From positions 1-27,061 of IMG/VR virus record IMGVR_UViG_3300032266_001097: a stretch of DNA of 27,061 nt. One strand, 5' to 3'. The stretch is from a virus (Duplodnaviria > Caudoviricetes). Below are positions 14,901-23,087 of the stretch, piece after piece. The notes below the pieces were generated by a model. The model was not told the origin of the DNA. It worked only from the letters and a program-made list of their open reading frames with translations, and did no database searches. The stretch's first letter is position 1; each line of letters starts with the position of its first letter. Both the position numbers and the translations under genes were made by a program.

Positions 14901-15252
14901 TCGCACCGGCACCAGCCGCCCACGCGTGGAGAGGCTCCCATCCTGCGAAGGCCTGGGGACCGTCCCATCCCTGCCACGCGCCACCGTTGTCGCGCCACGC
15001 GAACGATCCAGCACGGATCGTGTCGGTCGTGACCGCCCCACCAGCGCGGATGACCTGTACGTCGATGGTCGTACCAGCCGTCTGCGTTCCGCTCGTCTCG
15101 AACGTCAACGCCGACGAGGTCGTAGGCATAGGGACACCCGGAGCCGGATCCGACTGCGTGTAGCTGGACAAGGTCGATGGTGTGCCCGGCAGGATGCGTG
15201 GGTCCGGGATCATGAGGCCACGGAGGGAATCTGGGGTGTAGCTCGTCGCCAT
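11977..15252 (-). CDS. Large tail protein with Asp-box (BNR) propeller and Dit-like C-terminus
   Basis: Asp-boxes YMSTDDGASW and YASSDNGMSF; directly follows the tape measure (TAATG overlap); 1091 aa. Confidence 0.72.
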   Translation of the reverse strand: MATSYTPDSLRGLMIPDPRILPGTPSTLSSYTQSDPAPGVPMPTTSSALTFETSGTQTAGTTIDVQVIRAGGAVTTDTIRAGSFAWRDNGGAWQGWDGPQAFAGWEPLHAWAAGAGATWYSLPYVMFTSKGTQLVSTQAIGSAGLGVLQSLVVHRRTSAGATSTTTVVTNSTTGQPLHTSMFELPDGSVVLLVSYDDLASTGLQVRVYMSTDDGASWALQSTAALDAYIDTTAYTVKRLRAAYQGGQVLLMLAVRVGGAVVPDTLWQYASSDNGMSFARVEAVDTTDANSVHTGGAHDVYAISGVGFGVVYCGSSRAQWGANSAVLSKRLGSAWSQWSDTDPTAVPISSPASSLSVGNQLAADTELAASVDDDGQIYALANNGSTQLQAARSSTGSTWTALGSASVPMSSACFNWNGERTESLAVAWYAGTLYVVSTVDSTTTYDAQLGVTALSGYTAATLPMLPAVQAGGDYSSGSLRTWVPYWLPTVTGWTSTTIGAPTATLTGGTMQIVAGLAEVLTYTNVRATAITTSHQVFSTWEVSCTSNTNTETLLSSSDGTNTYRLRVRVTSTTVVVIDDVSGATITTQARPATPGFCQIRAFLTNSGASAKGTVWWNETAGPWQTSREYVRIVSNQGMTNASVTAAAQSVRIGQYGQGTSDWRFVAWQANGSLSNSHNLTIPSQLAGRNISAYPLTLSQGLRLRAVGGPAALDDAWKIAARWAHGVDALTSPSPRVSWRSKDTSTAQIFIWETNTTVASVSPLMGPMGALYIGGANFRTATLEGRNGAGAWVAIGTWDGSYGQSALRWNRASTVVTPATTAGAAGSYWYPHATLNAERFAFDTAAGPVRTIQYQTEGAWTHQPTKHARLTVYGDVSTVGANGTDGAVLSSRGLLVWNNDPSYSAFRLTIPVQPVAEAYYEAGVIRLGHLAVFGRRYSWGRNLTAEANVSLQTGAGGTRTAYVNGPTRRAVEFGWSDGVDSSEFGEDTSAAQPDYVVGSSTGSPEAVAAYRDGPYLMRGIVDHLNGSASPVVYVAHLPRVALNTTQMVVHRDLMLYGRVMSDVSIETVQGREWGGKFEGEVVRTSNVRLEEEL

Positions 15253-17216
15253 TAGGCCCTCCGTTGACCGGTGCGTGCGCCCGTACCTAACGCCCTCGCG
15301 AGAGGCCCGCGTGTCCGTAGGTTGTCCTGCACGAACGAGTCGAAGACGCGGTGTCGATACTGGTTCACAACGACGATGGACCCGGACCCGCCCATGCCCG
15401 CGTTCGCCGCGTTGATCGTGGAGTCACCGATAGCGCGACGTCCTGCCGGGCTGAGAACGGCCTCTCCCTGCCGGACGATGGCGCCCTGCTCGTCTGGCGC
15501 GAGGCTTCCCACCATACCGCCCGAGTGGAACGTGGGAGCCTGCGAGGCGATGATGCCTTCCTGCACGAGGCCAGCCGCACCAACCGCAGCGGCCGCGATG
15601 TAGTTGAACGGAGGCGGCGCGGAGCCGAGGGCCTGGACGACCGCTAGAGCGGTAGCCGCAGCCGCGCTCGCCATCTTCGCGGCCTTGTCGATGTAGAAGG
15701 CCTTCACCGCTGCCTTCTTGGTAATGGCGAGGCGCTCGTCCGCGGCCTTTCGCTCAGCTTCGGTCGCATGCTTGCCGAGGTTGTCACGCGCGGCTTGTGC
15801 GTCCTCGTAGGCCTTGACGTCCGAGTCCATCGACGCGGCCGTATACTGCGCGATTACATCCAGGACCTGCGTCATCGCCTGGACGCGAAGCGTAGCGGCC
15901 TCCATGATGGCGGCTGACTCGGCATCGCGGCGTGCCTTGTCCTCCTCGGCGGCCTTGTCCTTCAGCGCCTTCAGCTCGGCCTGACGCTTGTCCTCTTCTG
16001 CTACGATGGCGGATGTAAGTTCGGCCTCGAGGTCTATGCGCATGGCAGCGAACCGAGCATCTTCCTCGGCGCTGAGCTGTCCCTTGGCTGCGAGTTCTCC
16101 ACGGAGCCGGATCAGGTCGTCCAGCTTGCCCGCGAGGCGCTCGCTTTCGGTGAGCTCCTTCTCACGGGCTGCGGTAATGCTCTTCTCCGCATCGAGTAGC
16201 GGGGCGAGGTCCTGAGCATGCGCCGCTGCGGCTTCCTTCGCCATGCGGTCCGCTTCTGCCAGCCTCTTCGCCTGCTCGGCTGCGGCCTTCTCAGCCGCCG
16301 CACGACGCTTCGCGTTCTTCTCGACCTGGTCCTGCGCCTGTGCGTTCGCCTTCAGCACCTCCGACGAGAGCGTAGCCGCATCGGTATTCTGCTTGATGAT
16401 GGCGCTCTGTTGAGAGATGGTCTGCGACAGCGCGGCGTATTGTGCGGTTGCGTCCGTCTGCGCCCCTCGGAGCGCGTCCATCTTCGCCTGTCCAGCGATG
16501 GCATCACGTTGAGCCTTCGCCTCGTCAATGAGAGCCTGTGCGGCGGCGTTAGCGGCGTCCGCCTGACCGTACACCTGCTCGATGCGCTTACGGGCTTGCT
16601 GCTCGTTCGCGGACTCGATCCCGAATAGGAGCTTGAGCTCGTCGTTCACTCCGCCCATGGTCGAGTTGAACGCATGGTTGGCATCGGAGGCCGACTTCGT
16701 CGCTGCCTCGTACCGAGCGAGCGCGGCGGCGGCGGCCTCCGCGTTGTGCTTCTCGTCCAGGAATGCGACGATGACCGGCGTGAGTGCCAGCCCGAGAATT
16801 GCCAGCGGAGCGGTGAGCGCACCGATAGCGCCGGCCATCCCCGACATCCCGAGGCTCCCGGAGGCTACCTCCCCGATGTCTGCCATATCGGCCACGCCTC
16901 GAGCGACCTCCCCGAGGCCGGGCGCCAACAGGTCGAGGCCTCCTGCGAGCTTCGCGGCAGCACCTCCGACCTTCCCGAAGCGGTCGCCAACGTCGGCCCC
17001 GGAGTCCGCGAGGCGCCGGGTCGCCTCTTCAGCCTCGCGCATTGACGCCGTAGTAGCTGCGGCGGCTTGCTTTGCTGCACGCTCAGCGGACTTGAACGAC
17101 TTATTCAGCTCCACCGACATCGCGCGCGCTTGGTCCGCGGTGATCCCCGGGATGCTCTCAAGCTGCTTACGGAGGCCGCTTAGGTCGGCCTGGATAGTGA
17201 GCTCTGCGGTGGGCAT
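15252..17216 (-). CDS. Tail tape measure protein
   Basis: 654 aa, Ala-rich helical; N-terminal ELTIQADLSGL; hydrophobic segments; C-terminal FHSGG...GEAVL motif. Confidence 0.9.
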   Translation of the reverse strand: MPTAELTIQADLSGLRKQLESIPGITADQARAMSVELNKSFKSAERAAKQAAAATTASMREAEEATRRLADSGADVGDRFGKVGGAAAKLAGGLDLLAPGLGEVARGVADMADIGEVASGSLGMSGMAGAIGALTAPLAILGLALTPVIVAFLDEKHNAEAAAAALARYEAATKSASDANHAFNSTMGGVNDELKLLFGIESANEQQARKRIEQVYGQADAANAAAQALIDEAKAQRDAIAGQAKMDALRGAQTDATAQYAALSQTISQQSAIIKQNTDAATLSSEVLKANAQAQDQVEKNAKRRAAAEKAAAEQAKRLAEADRMAKEAAAAHAQDLAPLLDAEKSITAAREKELTESERLAGKLDDLIRLRGELAAKGQLSAEEDARFAAMRIDLEAELTSAIVAEEDKRQAELKALKDKAAEEDKARRDAESAAIMEAATLRVQAMTQVLDVIAQYTAASMDSDVKAYEDAQAARDNLGKHATEAERKAADERLAITKKAAVKAFYIDKAAKMASAAAATALAVVQALGSAPPPFNYIAAAAVGAAGLVQEGIIASQAPTFHSGGMVGSLAPDEQGAIVRQGEAVLSPAGRRAIGDSTINAANAGMGGSGSIVVVNQYRHRVFDSFVQDNLRTRGPLARALGTGARTGQRRA

Positions 17217-17224
17217 CGTTCCTC

Positions 17225-17872
17225 CTACTTGCTGAAGCGGTCGCCGCTCGCCTGTAGCGCCTTATCAAGGTCTGGGATGCGCTCGGCTATCAGCTTCTTC
17301 GAGCGGTCGAGCACGAGAACCTTCCACAGGTTTTTTCCGTCGTAGTGCTCGGGGTTTGCCTTCACGACGGAGATCCCGATGGGTCGCGCTCGACCTCGAC
17401 CATCCACATTGGAGCGGGCTACCATGTTCGTGGGCAGACTTCCGTGCCTGCGGAAGTAGCTCATGGCCTCGCGATACTGAGCGAGATCTAGACCTACGAG
17501 CATCTTCGAGAACGGACCAGGTCGTCGGACGAAGTACGCGTAGCTCTGGGGACGGAATGGCTTTACCGTCGCGCCGTAGTACGTCGTCCTCCATTCCGAC
17601 CTCTTTCGACTGCGTGCCATCTGGCTAGCGTCGTTGAATACGATCCCGCGCACGGTCGAGGCGCGGAGCTCCAGCCGGTAATCGTTGGATGCTCCGGACT
17701 CTCCGCTGCGCTTGGTCACGTTGTCGTACCAATCTCGCCGCGCGCCTTCTGCGATGTCGTTGGAGATGGCTTCCACGATGTCCACGACATCCCCAGCTAC
17801 ATCGCGCACGAGGCGGTCAACGTGTCGCTGTAGCTCGGGACCAAGTGTGACCTTCGCAGAGCTAGCCGCCAT
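17225..17872 (-). CDS. Putative HK97 gp10-like tail morphogenesis protein
   Basis: N-terminal helix ...IAEGARRDWYDNVTKRSGESGAS resembles the gp10 pattern; basic; start ATG 17872. Confidence 0.5.
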   Translation of the reverse strand: MAASSAKVTLGPELQRHVDRLVRDVAGDVVDIVEAISNDIAEGARRDWYDNVTKRSGESGASNDYRLELRASTVRGIVFNDASQMARSRKRSEWRTTYYGATVKPFRPQSYAYFVRRPGPFSKMLVGLDLAQYREAMSYFRRHGSLPTNMVARSNVDGRGRARPIGISVVKANPEHYDGKNLWKVLVLDRSKKLIAERIPDLDKALQASGDRFSK

Positions 17873-18400
17873 CCATCCCCCAGAAGGCACGCGCCGATGC
17901 GTCTACCGTATCACCCGCCCGTGGCGCGAACCGCTTGGGCTTCGCCTTCGGTCGGTGCTTGTGGCGCCACCATCCCAGCACGCGCTCCTGCGTCTCCGTT
18001 GGCCACGCATAGAACGCGTCGGGGTCACCGCAGTAGGTGAGGCCGATCTCAAGAGCGAGCGCGTCTAGGCCCCCTTCTGGGGCTCCGTAAAACCCTCAGC
18101 ACGCGCGACATTGGCCTCTGTTGGCGTATCGTTGAGGAGCTCGAGCGCCTTCCCAGCGGCGGCGTAAATGTCCGCCTCTGGGATGCCCAGCGACATCAGC
18201 TCATCGAATACGTCGCCTCCGTACCCGAGGGCATCGTAGGCGAACCTGGCCTTCAGGGGCTTACCGCCCCAGCACACGCCGAGCGCAGCACAGAGGCCGC
18301 GGATCGGGTTCTTCTGGACCGCAAGCGCAACATCGCGCCGGAGCATCATGCTCGGCGGCTGGCGAAGGGTGATCGTGTGAATACCGAGGGTGATCGTCAT
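17862..18400 (-). CDS. Tail assembly chaperone, frameshifted long form (gpGT-like)
   Basis: The -1 frame after G GGT TTT stays open for 75 codons (YGAPEGGLDALALEIGLTYCGDPDAFYAWPTETQERVLGWW...MDGG*) and fills the gap up to the next gene. Confidence 0.8.
18065..18400 (-). CDS. Tail assembly chaperone (gpG-like)
   Basis: Follows the major tail protein; GGAGGA RBS; slippery heptamer near the 3' end. Confidence 0.82.
   Translation of the reverse strand: MTITLGIHTITLRQPPSMMLRRDVALAVQKNPIRGLCAALGVCWGGKPLKARFAYDALGYGGDVFDELMSLGIPEADIYAAAGKALELLNDTPTEANVARAEGFTEPQKGA
18089..18095 (-). other. -1 ribosomal frameshift slippery site GGGTTTT
   Basis: In-frame X XXY YYZ register (G GGT TTT), seven sense codons before the stop. 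Confidence 0.8.
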
Positions 18401-18415
18401 GGTTCCTCCTGGTAG

Positions 18416-18452
18416 AAAAACGCCCCGGCTCCCGAGATTGGGAGCCGAGGCG
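18416..18452 (-). terminator. Intrinsic terminator after the major tail protein
   Basis: CGCCTCGGCTCCC-AATCTC-GGGAGCCGGGGCG followed by TTTTT on the minus strand. Confidence 0.85.
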
Positions 18453-18471
18453 CGTGCCGGCTGCGCAGAAA

Positions 18472-18972
18472 TCAGACGGCGACGATGCTGCCGTAGACGG
18501 TCCCGTTCAAGCTAAAGCTGTTGGGATCGCCCTCGGAGAAATCGATGGAAAGGCGGCAGTTGGAGAGGGTCAGAGTGTGGTCGGTCGCGTCACCGAAGTT
18601 GGTGCCCTCGACCGCGAGCACGACCGTGAGCGCATATACGTCGGACCCGGTGAGCGTGGAGACGGCCGACGCGAATGCCGAACCCGCGCTCTTATTCACG
18701 ATGTCCCAGATGGTCTTATTCGTCCCGTCCGACAGATCCGTCATGTGACACGTAAAGGAGAACGTCGGGAACGTGCGGGAAGTCGAGCGAACCGACCCGA
18801 GGTCCCCACGGTCGAGGTACGTCGTCGTCTCGAGGTTGCCCTGGGTGAGCCCGGTGATGCTGAAGTCACCCGCCTCGTACTGCACGATGACAGCAAGCGG
18901 GGTGGGCGTAGTACCATCGGAGACGGTGATCGTACCGTCCCGGAAGTTCTTCACGACAGAGGAGATAGGCAC
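18472..18972 (-). CDS. Major tail (tube) protein
   Basis: 166 aa, beta-rich and Thr/Ser/Asp-rich; lies between the tail-completion gene and the frameshifting chaperone; followed by a terminator. Confidence 0.8.
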   Translation of the reverse strand: MPISSVVKNFRDGTITVSDGTTPTPLAVIVQYEAGDFSITGLTQGNLETTTYLDRGDLGSVRSTSRTFPTFSFTCHMTDLSDGTNKTIWDIVNKSAGSAFASAVSTLTGSDVYALTVVLAVEGTNFGDATDHTLTLSNCRLSIDFSEGDPNSFSLNGTVYGSIVAV

Positions 18973-18981
18973 GATGGCCTC

Positions 18982-19425
18982 CTATTGGAGTGGGAGAGTG
19001 TGGATGACTCGGAACTCGACGGCGCCGAGGACCCACTCCCCCGCGTCGTTCGTCTCGCGCGTAACGCGGACAAACTGTACCTTGTAGCTCTGGGGCCACG
19101 TAGCATCATAGACCATCAACGCGTTGACGACGAGTTGCTCCCCGTCGAGGGCCGCATCGTAGGTATCAGACATCGACTTCGGAGATAGCCGCCACGAGTA
19201 GCGCACGAAGACGGATGACTCGACCAGGATGCCCTCGGCCGGTCGTCCACGATAAGCGCGTAGGTCCGACGTCTCCGACACGTGGACGACAAACCACACG
19301 CCTGAGCTCAGGTCCGCATCGCGCCCAAAGTTATCGGGAGCTACGCGCGACTCTTTCCATCCGGTCAACGCGCCAACGCGTCCGGTGACGTCCTCGCGGA
19401 GTTGGCGTACCGTCTTCGAGGACAT
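18982..19425 (-). CDS. Putative tail terminator / completion protein
   Basis: Immediately upstream of the major tail protein; TGATG overlap with the adaptor; size and pattern fit. Confidence 0.62.
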   Translation of the reverse strand: MSSKTVRQLREDVTGRVGALTGWKESRVAPDNFGRDADLSSGVWFVVHVSETSDLRAYRGRPAEGILVESSVFVRYSWRLSPKSMSDTYDAALDGEQLVVNALMVYDATWPQSYKVQFVRVTRETNDAGEWVLGAVEFRVIHTLPLQ

Positions 19426-20189
19426 CAGTACCACCTCGGACCGAAGGAAGGCCCGCCGCGGCCATTAAGCCAGACCTGGGAGGCGGCAGACTTACGCGCA
19501 CGTGGGTCGATCTTATTGGTGTCGCTCTCGTCATAGACGAAGCTGAGCTGGCCCCATGCCTCGGTATAGGCCTGACGGTAGTAATCCGCAAGGGCCTGCC
19601 AGCGTCCGCCATCGCCTGCGCTCGTCTGGAAGTCGAGGAAGATCAAGTGCAGCGTCAGGAGCAGATGGACATCCCGAAGCGCGCTCGGGCTCATGACGAG
19701 GTACGGCCTGCGACCATTCGCGATCAGCCGCAGCATGATCGTCGCCCATGCCTCGTCCAAGTAGTCCTGGTAGTTGGTCGCCCCGGTCGCGAGAAGCTGC
19801 GGAAGGTCGGAGTGCCGACGGATCAGGTCCGCGTCGGTCACAACGGGAGCGAGCTCACGACGCACCAGCGCGGCGTCCTGCCGGAAGATGTGGGTAAGCC
19901 CGTCCGGCATGATCAGGGTCCACTCGATCAGCCAGCCCTCCTCCAGCTGGAGCGATGTCGTGACCGCCGCTAGGATCGTATAGGTCGCCCAACTACCGGG
20001 AGCGATACTCACCGTCGCAGCGGACACGGCGGTCGTCTGATCGGCCTTGTAGACCGTCACGGTTCCCGAGGTCGGCGTAGCTACGACGCCGAGACGGTAC
20101 GTGGGGCATGCGATGGTCTGATTCACGCCACGCTGGACCGTATCCGGAGCTCGGAACCGTGCCGTATACAGCGTCTCGGAGATGGTCAT
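19425..20189 (-). CDS. Putative head-tail adaptor with N-terminal beta-sandwich domain
   Basis: Helical C-terminal half (VTDADL...YLDEAWATIMLRL...YYRQAY) resembles adaptor proteins; synteny. Confidence 0.6.
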   Translation of the reverse strand: MTISETLYTARFRAPDTVQRGVNQTIACPTYRLGVVATPTSGTVTVYKADQTTAVSAATVSIAPGSWATYTILAAVTTSLQLEEGWLIEWTLIMPDGLTHIFRQDAALVRRELAPVVTDADLIRRHSDLPQLLATGATNYQDYLDEAWATIMLRLIANGRRPYLVMSPSALRDVHLLLTLHLIFLDFQTSAGDGGRWQALADYYRQAYTEAWGQLSFVYDESDTNKIDPRARKSAASQVWLNGRGGPSFGPRWY

Positions 20190-20203
20190 CGCGCCCCCTT
20201 ACG

Positions 20204-20347
20204 TCAACGCTTATCGCGTTCGCGTCGGTCTGCCTCGATAGCACGTTGCCGTGCCTCCTCGCGTGCTCGCTGCTCGCTCACTCCGGAGTTCACGAGCTGG
20301 CGCGTCATGCGCTCCATCGCCTCGCGATGCTTCACGCTCTCGCTCAC
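20204..20347 (-). CDS. Small charged helical protein (47 aa)
   Basis: Not in the ORF track. MSESVKHREAMERMTRQLVNSGVSEQRAREEARQRAIEADRRERDKR; GTGA overlap with the upstream gene; fills the gap to the adaptor RBS. Confidence 0.65.
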   Translation of the reverse strand: MSESVKHREAMERMTRQLVNSGVSEQRAREEARQRAIEADRRERDKR

Positions 20348-20973
20348 TTCTTCGCCTTCGGTGCAGGGTTGTAGAGCCGCTCTTTAGCGGCGTACATGAC
20401 GCCTAGGCGCTCCTCTTCGACGTTGAGCGTCGTGACGATGGCCGGCTGCGTGACTGCCTTCATGCGGAGATCCTCGACCTTTCGGACCTGGTCCGCGATG
20501 ATGACGTCAAAGAACCGATCATCGGGGATCCGGATCGTGCCTTCATCGCGGAGCCTGCGGCAGAATGCCCAGTAGCCACCCGTATCGGACTTGATCGTCA
20601 GCGTACCGGCGAAGACGGAAGGCTTCTCCCACTTCGACAGATGCACGAGCCCGCGATGACCGTCGAAGGCCACGCAATAGCCACCCGGTTCAGCGTCCCA
20701 CGGAATCACGGTCCATCCCTTACGTCGATAGGACAGCTCTGCCTGATCGGTGTTGCCGTCCTTATCCACCCGGTTCACGCCCGGGTCGGCGCGCATCTGG
20801 GAGAGCTGCGGCAGCCATTCACCGTCCACGAGCTGCCAGCGGCCCGGATGGTGAATGAACCAGAAGGGGGGGCTGGCGTCGGTGGGAAGTAGTTCGCGCA
20901 TCGATCCGGGGCGCTGTGCGGCCCTTCCTTCGATGCTGGACCCGCCTGCGGAGGTCTGGAAAGTCGCGCTCAT
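20344..20973 (-). CDS. Hypothetical protein downstream of the capsid gene (209 aa)
   Basis: AGGAG RBS before ATG 20973; Trp-rich globular composition. Confidence 0.75.
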   Translation of the reverse strand: MSATFQTSAGGSSIEGRAAQRPGSMRELLPTDASPPFWFIHHPGRWQLVDGEWLPQLSQMRADPGVNRVDKDGNTDQAELSYRRKGWTVIPWDAEPGGYCVAFDGHRGLVHLSKWEKPSVFAGTLTIKSDTGGYWAFCRRLRDEGTIRIPDDRFFDVIIADQVRKVEDLRMKAVTQPAIVTTLNVEEERLGVMYAAKERLYNPAPKAKK

Positions 20974-20990
20974 GGGTGCTCCTGACGCAC

Positions 20991-21027
20991 AAAGGGCGTC
21001 GAGGTACAGGTAAGCACCTCGACGCCC
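20991..21027 (-). terminator. Probable intrinsic terminator after the major capsid gene
   Basis: 12-bp perfect stem GGGCGTCGAGGT (20994-21005) / ACCTCGACGCCC (21016-21027) followed by TTTGT on the minus strand. Confidence 0.65.
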
Positions 21028-21054
21028 CGTTGCCACCGTTAGGCGGCGCCAGCC

Positions 21055-21993
21055 TTACGGCGTGGCCTTGCTCAGGATCCCAACGCCCTTGAGATCCTGA
21101 ATCTCGGCAACACCAGCGAAGGAGCTGCCGACGATCTTGGTCAAGCCCGACGCGGCATCGCGCTCGAGCTCGACCACGACCTGCGAGCCAGTCGGGAGGA
21201 TGATACCGCCAGCGCCCTGGATAGGAGCCGCAGTACCGGTCGCGTAGCCGATGCATCCGGTGGCGACCATCATGCCGAGACGGTCCGCGGCCGCGTTGGC
21301 GGTCGGGACGGTGCTCGAGACGTAAAGGTCAACGCCGAAGAGGTTACCGCGGAAGCCCTGGCCCTTCGCGGAAATCTGGTCCTGCGTGGCCGCCACGTAC
21401 TGACCGGGACCCGTCTCGCTGCGGAGCGAGTTGATCAAGTGATTGATCTGCTGCGGAGCGAGCACGGCGGCAAAGGTCCCGTCGTTGCTGTTGAGCTGCA
21501 TCTTGTAGATCGCGTCGAAGAACGTAGTCACGCTAAGCGCCACGGTGGTCGTACCAACGCTCTGAGAGAGGCCCGAGGAGAGCGCCGCGATCATCTGCGT
21601 AAGGCGCATCCCGAAAGCGATCGCCATCGACTCCGCGAGGCCATCGACGCCCACGCCCATACCGCCCGCAAGCGGGTTGGTCGCGTTCGCGAGGTCCGTG
21701 ATGTCGTAGCGGAGCGCCTGGCGGGCGATGGTGATCGTCGCAGCGGACGAGGTGATCGAGGTGTTGGAGACGCTCGAGCCGTCACCCACCGCGGCCATGA
21801 GGTCCGTACCGGCGAGGCCGACGACGGGCACCTGGAGGGCGCTCGACCCGGAGCCGTTGAGGCTGCCGAAGTTGAGGAACACGGGAGCCTTGTAGAGCTC
21901 CGCGCGGTCGGCCAGCTTCAGTTCGATCATGCGGTGGAGGACGGCGGAAAGGCGGGCGTTGCCGCTAAGTGCGGCAAAATCGATATTGGCCAT
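21055..21993 (-). CDS. Major capsid protein (HK97 fold, scaffold-dependent)
   Basis: 312 aa after the scaffold; GNLFGVDLYVS and VVVELERDAAS motifs; strong GGAGG RBS; own promoter and terminator. Confidence 0.85.
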   Translation of the reverse strand: MANIDFAALSGNARLSAVLHRMIELKLADRAELYKAPVFLNFGSLNGSGSSALQVPVVGLAGTDLMAAVGDGSSVSNTSITSSAATITIARQALRYDITDLANATNPLAGGMGVGVDGLAESMAIAFGMRLTQMIAALSSGLSQSVGTTTVALSVTTFFDAIYKMQLNSNDGTFAAVLAPQQINHLINSLRSETGPGQYVAATQDQISAKGQGFRGNLFGVDLYVSSTVPTANAAADRLGMMVATGCIGYATGTAAPIQGAGGIILPTGSQVVVELERDAASGLTKIVGSSFAGVAEIQDLKGVGILSKATP

Positions 21994-22084
21994 GGGGGCC
22001 TCCCGAAGGGTTCGATGGTTTGCCGCGCCTGTCGCTTTTTACGGGAGCTTGCCCCGAGCGCGTAAGGGCGTAGCCCTCACGGTC

Positions 22085-22112
22085 AAGCTACCCGTCCGTG
22101 CCAGAATGTCAA
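22085..22112 (-). promoter_or_regulatory. Capsid promoter TTGACA-N16-TAGCTT
   Basis: Perfect -35 at 22112-22107 and -10 at 22090-22085, in the gap upstream of the capsid gene. Confidence 0.65.
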
Positions 22113-22128
22113 GCATGCCAGAATGTCA
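22099..22128. repeat. Two 13-bp direct repeats TGCCAGAATGTCA (operator-like)
   Basis: At 22099-22111 and 22116-22128; each is quasi-palindromic and the pair overlaps the -35. Confidence 0.8.
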
Positions 22129-22656
22129 GCGTGTGGAGGATATCGCGTCCATGTTGGCGAGGAGCTCGGCGCGCGACATCTTCCCGATAGCCTCGACGGA
22201 GAACACGCTCGGCGTAGCGGAAGGGTTTGGCAGCGTCGTCGCGCTCGAGGCCGGGAGACGCATCCGCGAGGTATCCGGCGTCTGCGGCGTAGCTGGCGCG
22301 GACGCGGACGCCTCGGGCATGTAGGCGCGAACAGCACGCGGGAGTGCCTCCTTATTCGCTAGCCACTCTGTAAGGGCTGGACGTCCGTCGGTCGGCAGCT
22401 TCGAGTATGCGTGCTGCACGTACTCGATGCCTTCCGCGTCGGTGATGCCAGAGGAGTAGATCTCGCGCTCCAAGCGGAGCGCCTCGCGCTCGGCCTTGGT
22501 CGCGCCCTTCAGTTCCTCGAGCTGGGACCTGTAGGATGCCACCTCCGTGGCGGCAGGTTCCAGCTCGGCCACGCGCCCCTGCAATGCCTTGACCTGTTCG
22601 ACGAGTTGCCTGATACGCGCTTCTGCGCCGCCCGTTGCTTCGGTGTTGTCGCTCAT
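22126..22656 (-). CDS. Capsid scaffolding protein
   Basis: N-terminal coiled coil, Pro-rich linker and short C-terminal helix (IGKMSRAEL); directly upstream of the capsid gene; ATG 22656 with AGGAG. Confidence 0.78.
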   Translation of the reverse strand: MSDNTEATGGAEARIRQLVEQVKALQGRVAELEPAATEVASYRSQLEELKGATKAEREALRLEREIYSSGITDAEGIEYVQHAYSKLPTDGRPALTEWLANKEALPRAVRAYMPEASASAPATPQTPDTSRMRLPASSATTLPNPSATPSVFSVEAIGKMSRAELLANMDAISSTR

Positions 22657-23087
22657 GGTTGCTCCTGGTTGTCCGCCTGGACACGGTCCCAGACGGCTAG
22701 TTGACGCTTCGACCACGCCCGGCCTGCGTCACCTCCCCAGAGGTCCCACGCGATACGTCCGGCGCTCGGGTAGTCGGGATGACCGCGGCGGGCCGCGGGC
22801 GCCTCGAGGTCCACGGCATGCCGGTCGAAGTATGCGACCATCCGCTTAATCGTGTCGATGCTCACGACTTCCGACTTGGCGAGTTGCTGGGCACGCGCTC
22901 GACCGATCAGCGTACCTCCGCGGCCATGCTCCTCGCGAAGCGCGAGGCCACGCTTCGCGACCGCGGCAACGGCCGGCGGGGCCTTGAGCTGGAATCCCAT
23001 ACGCTTCTCGTCGCGAATGAACCGCGCGTATACCTCGGGATGCTGGCGCTCCAGGTAGCTGCGCTGCCTCTCACTCAGAAACGGCAC
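22653..23087 (-). CDS. Head-region protein with MPFxSERQR N-terminus and PSAGRIAWDLWGGDAG domain
   Basis: GTG 23087 with GAGG RBS; lies between portal and scaffold; motifs I recall from uncharacterised phage head-region proteins. Confidence 0.75.
   Translation of the reverse strand: MPFLSERQRSYLERQHPEVYARFIRDEKRMGFQLKAPPAVAAVAKRGLALREEHGRGGTLIGRARAQQLAKSEVVSIDTIKRMVAYFDRHAVDLEAPAARRGHPDYPSAGRIAWDLWGGDAGRAWSKRQLAVWDRVQADNQEQP

Noticed and set aside
22000-22035. GGCAAACCATCGAA in the capsid leader resembling a c-di-GMP-I riboswitch
   Set aside because: The GNRA-capped stem, GACGCAAAGC junction and second stem are absent.
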